This document shows positions 61,903 through 64,000 of a stretch of DNA of 64,000 bases, one piece after another. The notes below the pieces were generated by a model that saw only the letters and a program-made list of their open reading frames with translations, searched no databases and was not told the origin of the DNA. Each line of letters opens with the position of its first letter. Position 1 is the stretch's first letter. Position numbers and translations under genes: made by a program. The stretch is from Octopus sinensis (lineage: Eukaryota), in contig NC_043021.1 in NCBI RefSeq assembly GCF_006345805.1, positions 6,262,001-6,326,000 on the forward strand, given 5' to 3'.

Positions 61903-63457
61903 CTGATGACCTTGCTCTAATTGCTGAGTCGCTATCAGAACTGGAGGAGAAGTTTCAGGTGTGGAAACAAGGATTAGAATCGAAGGGCCTCAGAGTCAAT
62001 CTAGCTAAAACCAAAGTCGTAATCAGTAGGAAGGTAGACAAATCACAAACACCTTCAGGTAGATGGCTCTGCTCGATCTGTAGAAAAGGTGTAGGTAGAA
62101 ACTCTATAAGATGCACCAAGTGTAAGCTATGGACACATAAGAGATGCAGCAATGTCAAAGGAAGGCTAACTAGGAAGATGGTTTTTGTATGTGGCAGATG
62201 CTCAGGAACAATAAACACTGAAAATGCTCTGAGACCAACTTCCGTCACTTTCCAGGGAGAAAAACTAGAAATAGTTGATAGTTTCCGTTACCTAGGTGAC
62301 CAAGTCAGCAGCGGGGGCGGGTGTGCTGAAAGTGTAACTGCTAGAGTAAGAATAGCTTGGGCAAAGTTCAGAGAGCTCTTACCTCTACTGGTGACAAAAG
62401 GCCTCTCGCACAGAGTGAAAGGCAGACTGTATGATGCGTGTGTACGAACAGCCATGCTACATGGCAGTGAAACATGGGCCGTGACTGCTGAGGATATGCG
62501 TAAGCTCGCTAGAAATGAAGCCAGTATGCTCCGATGGATGTGTAATGCCGGTACTCACACTCGGCAGAGTGTAAGTACCTTGAGAGAAAAGCTGGACCTA
62601 AGAAGCATCAGTTGTGGTGTGCAAGAGAGACGTTTGCGCTGGTATGGTCATGTGGCGAGAATGGATGAAGATAGTTGTTTGAAAAAGTGCCACACCCTAG
62701 CGGTTGAGGGAACCTGTGGAAGAGGCAGACCCAGGAAAACCTGGGACGAGGTGGTGAAGCACGACCTTCGAACTTTAGGTCTCACTGAGGAAATGACTAG
62801 AGACCGAGACCTCTGGAAGTGTGCTGTGCGCGAGAAGACCCGGCAGGACAAGTGAGTCCATAACCCGTGGCCTTCTACATGGGATGGAGCCAGCCTACGT
62901 ATGCATACCTCCCTTCTTGGGACACAAAACTCTACTTGTGAAGACGTGATGAGGCAAGTGAGGATCAGAATCGAAATCGATCAATGGAAATTGCGGATGT
63001 GCTACCAGTGCCGGTGGCATGTCAAAACTCTGCTTGTGAAGACCCGTTGAGGCAAGTGACGATCAGAATCGAAATCGATCAATGGAAATTGCAGATGTGT
63101 TACCAGTGCCGGTGGCATGTAAGAGAACTTTCCGTTTCGCGACCGTTGCCAGCACCGCCCCGTTTCGTGTCCGTTGCCAGCCTCGCCTGGCCCTCGTGCC
63201 GGTGGCACATAAAAAGCACCATCCGTTCGTGGCCGTTTGCCAGCTCTGTCTGGCACCAGTGCGGGTGGCACGTAAAAAGCACCCACTACACTCACGGAGT
63301 GGTTGGCGTTAGGAAGGGCATCCAGCCGTAGAAACACTGCCAGATTTGACTGGGCCTGATGAAGCCTTCTGGCTTCACAGACCCCAGTAGAACCGTCCAA
63401 CCCATGCTAGCATGGAAAACGGACGCTAAACGATGATGATGATGATGATGATGATGA
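61903..63457 (+). mobile_element. 5'-truncated, young RTE-clade LINE: RT C-terminal half (open to 62855), 3' UTR and (GAT)n tail
   Basis: Starts at the catalytic motif (xDDLALIAES, in frame from 61905), then GLRVNLAKTKV, FRYLG, KGRLYDACVRTAMLHGSETW, RLRWYGHVARM and GRGRPRKTW with no stops. 98-bp tandem duplication at 62926-63120; (GAT)n at 63432-63457. Confidence 0.95.
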
Positions 63458-63474
63458 TTGACAAACTTGTTTAA

Positions 63475-63890
63475 CCCTTTAGTGTTTAAACCGGCCACAT
63501 CCGGCCTAATATATTATACATGTTTTATATTCAAACTGGCGATATCCAGCCTCTCACACCTAACCTACAGTGACATTCTAAAAATAAACATTCACATCAT
63601 TGAAACCTCAAAGCTATAAGATAATGCATGATTAATTCAAAACAATTTGAGTGAAAAAGTATTACATTTAACAGAATAATCTGAACACGAAAGGGTTAAC
63701 CCTCCAGCTTTCAGATTTCTCTGTCAAATGTAATGCTTATTTATTCCCATTGATATAAATTAGTCATTCATTATTTTATAGCTTTGAGATTTCAATGACA
63801 CAACTGTATATTTTTAGAATTATTGTAGGGTAAGTGTGAGAGGCCAGATTTGGCCAGTTTGAATACTTTGGCTGGATATGGCTGGTTTAA
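63475..63890. mobile_element. Two MITE A copies tail-to-tail sharing one TTAA (63475-63695 +, 63700-~63890 -); a MITE B begins at 63971
   Basis: AAGGG TTAA CCCT junction at 63691-63703; TTAA|CCCTTTCGTTACC at 63967. Confidence 0.82.
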
Positions 63891-64000
63891 AAGGACCCAC
63901 AGTTGTACAGGCCAAAACATAGGTCCATAGTTGTCCCTTGCCTACAAAAATCAAACTGTTCTTTCTTTAACCCTTTCGTTACCAACCCGGCTGAAACCAC

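Noticed and set aside
63356-63380. CTGATGA AGCC TTCT GGCT hairpin; similar partial hits at 237, 32936 and 62428
   Set aside because: No correctly placed GAAA plus NUH and stem III. At 63356 other RTE copies read CTGGTGCAGCC, so the match is a chance mutation.

Overview
Eukaryotic, AT- and microsatellite-rich genomic DNA. The repeat make-up suggests an octopod cephalopod (Octopus); this is an inference, not a database result. There is one recognisable host gene: an intronless FERM plus tyrosine-phosphatase gene of the PTPN14/PTPN21 (Pez) family (4856-8238, +). It is intact except for one missing G in the conserved KCxxYWP codons at 7748-7750. Most of the rest is nested mobile DNA: more than 20 copies of one tRNA-derived SINE plus other SINE families, CR1-type and RTE-type LINE remnants (one RTE carries a PHD-type zinc finger inside its reverse transcriptase), a Penelope-like RT remnant, hAT and Tc1/mariner relics, TTAA-flanked piggyBac-like MITEs, a non-autonomous Helitron and long micro/minisatellites. 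Most short ORFs in the supplied track are microsatellite or SINE noise. The most interesting signal is a set of type I hammerhead-ribozyme folds from several unrelated repeat families. Two are near-canonical (34442-34553 +, 35334-35378 -) and several are decayed or variant (29451, 35633, 36285, 42438, 48485); the best cases have a very short, usually palindromic stem III of the dimer-forming kind. One lies in a ~303-bp unit present as a 1.3-mer, which is the architecture expected of a circular-RNA retrozyme. Several related elements sit in (TA)n tracts and carry fold-back inversions. No prokaryotic features or CRISPR arrays are present.
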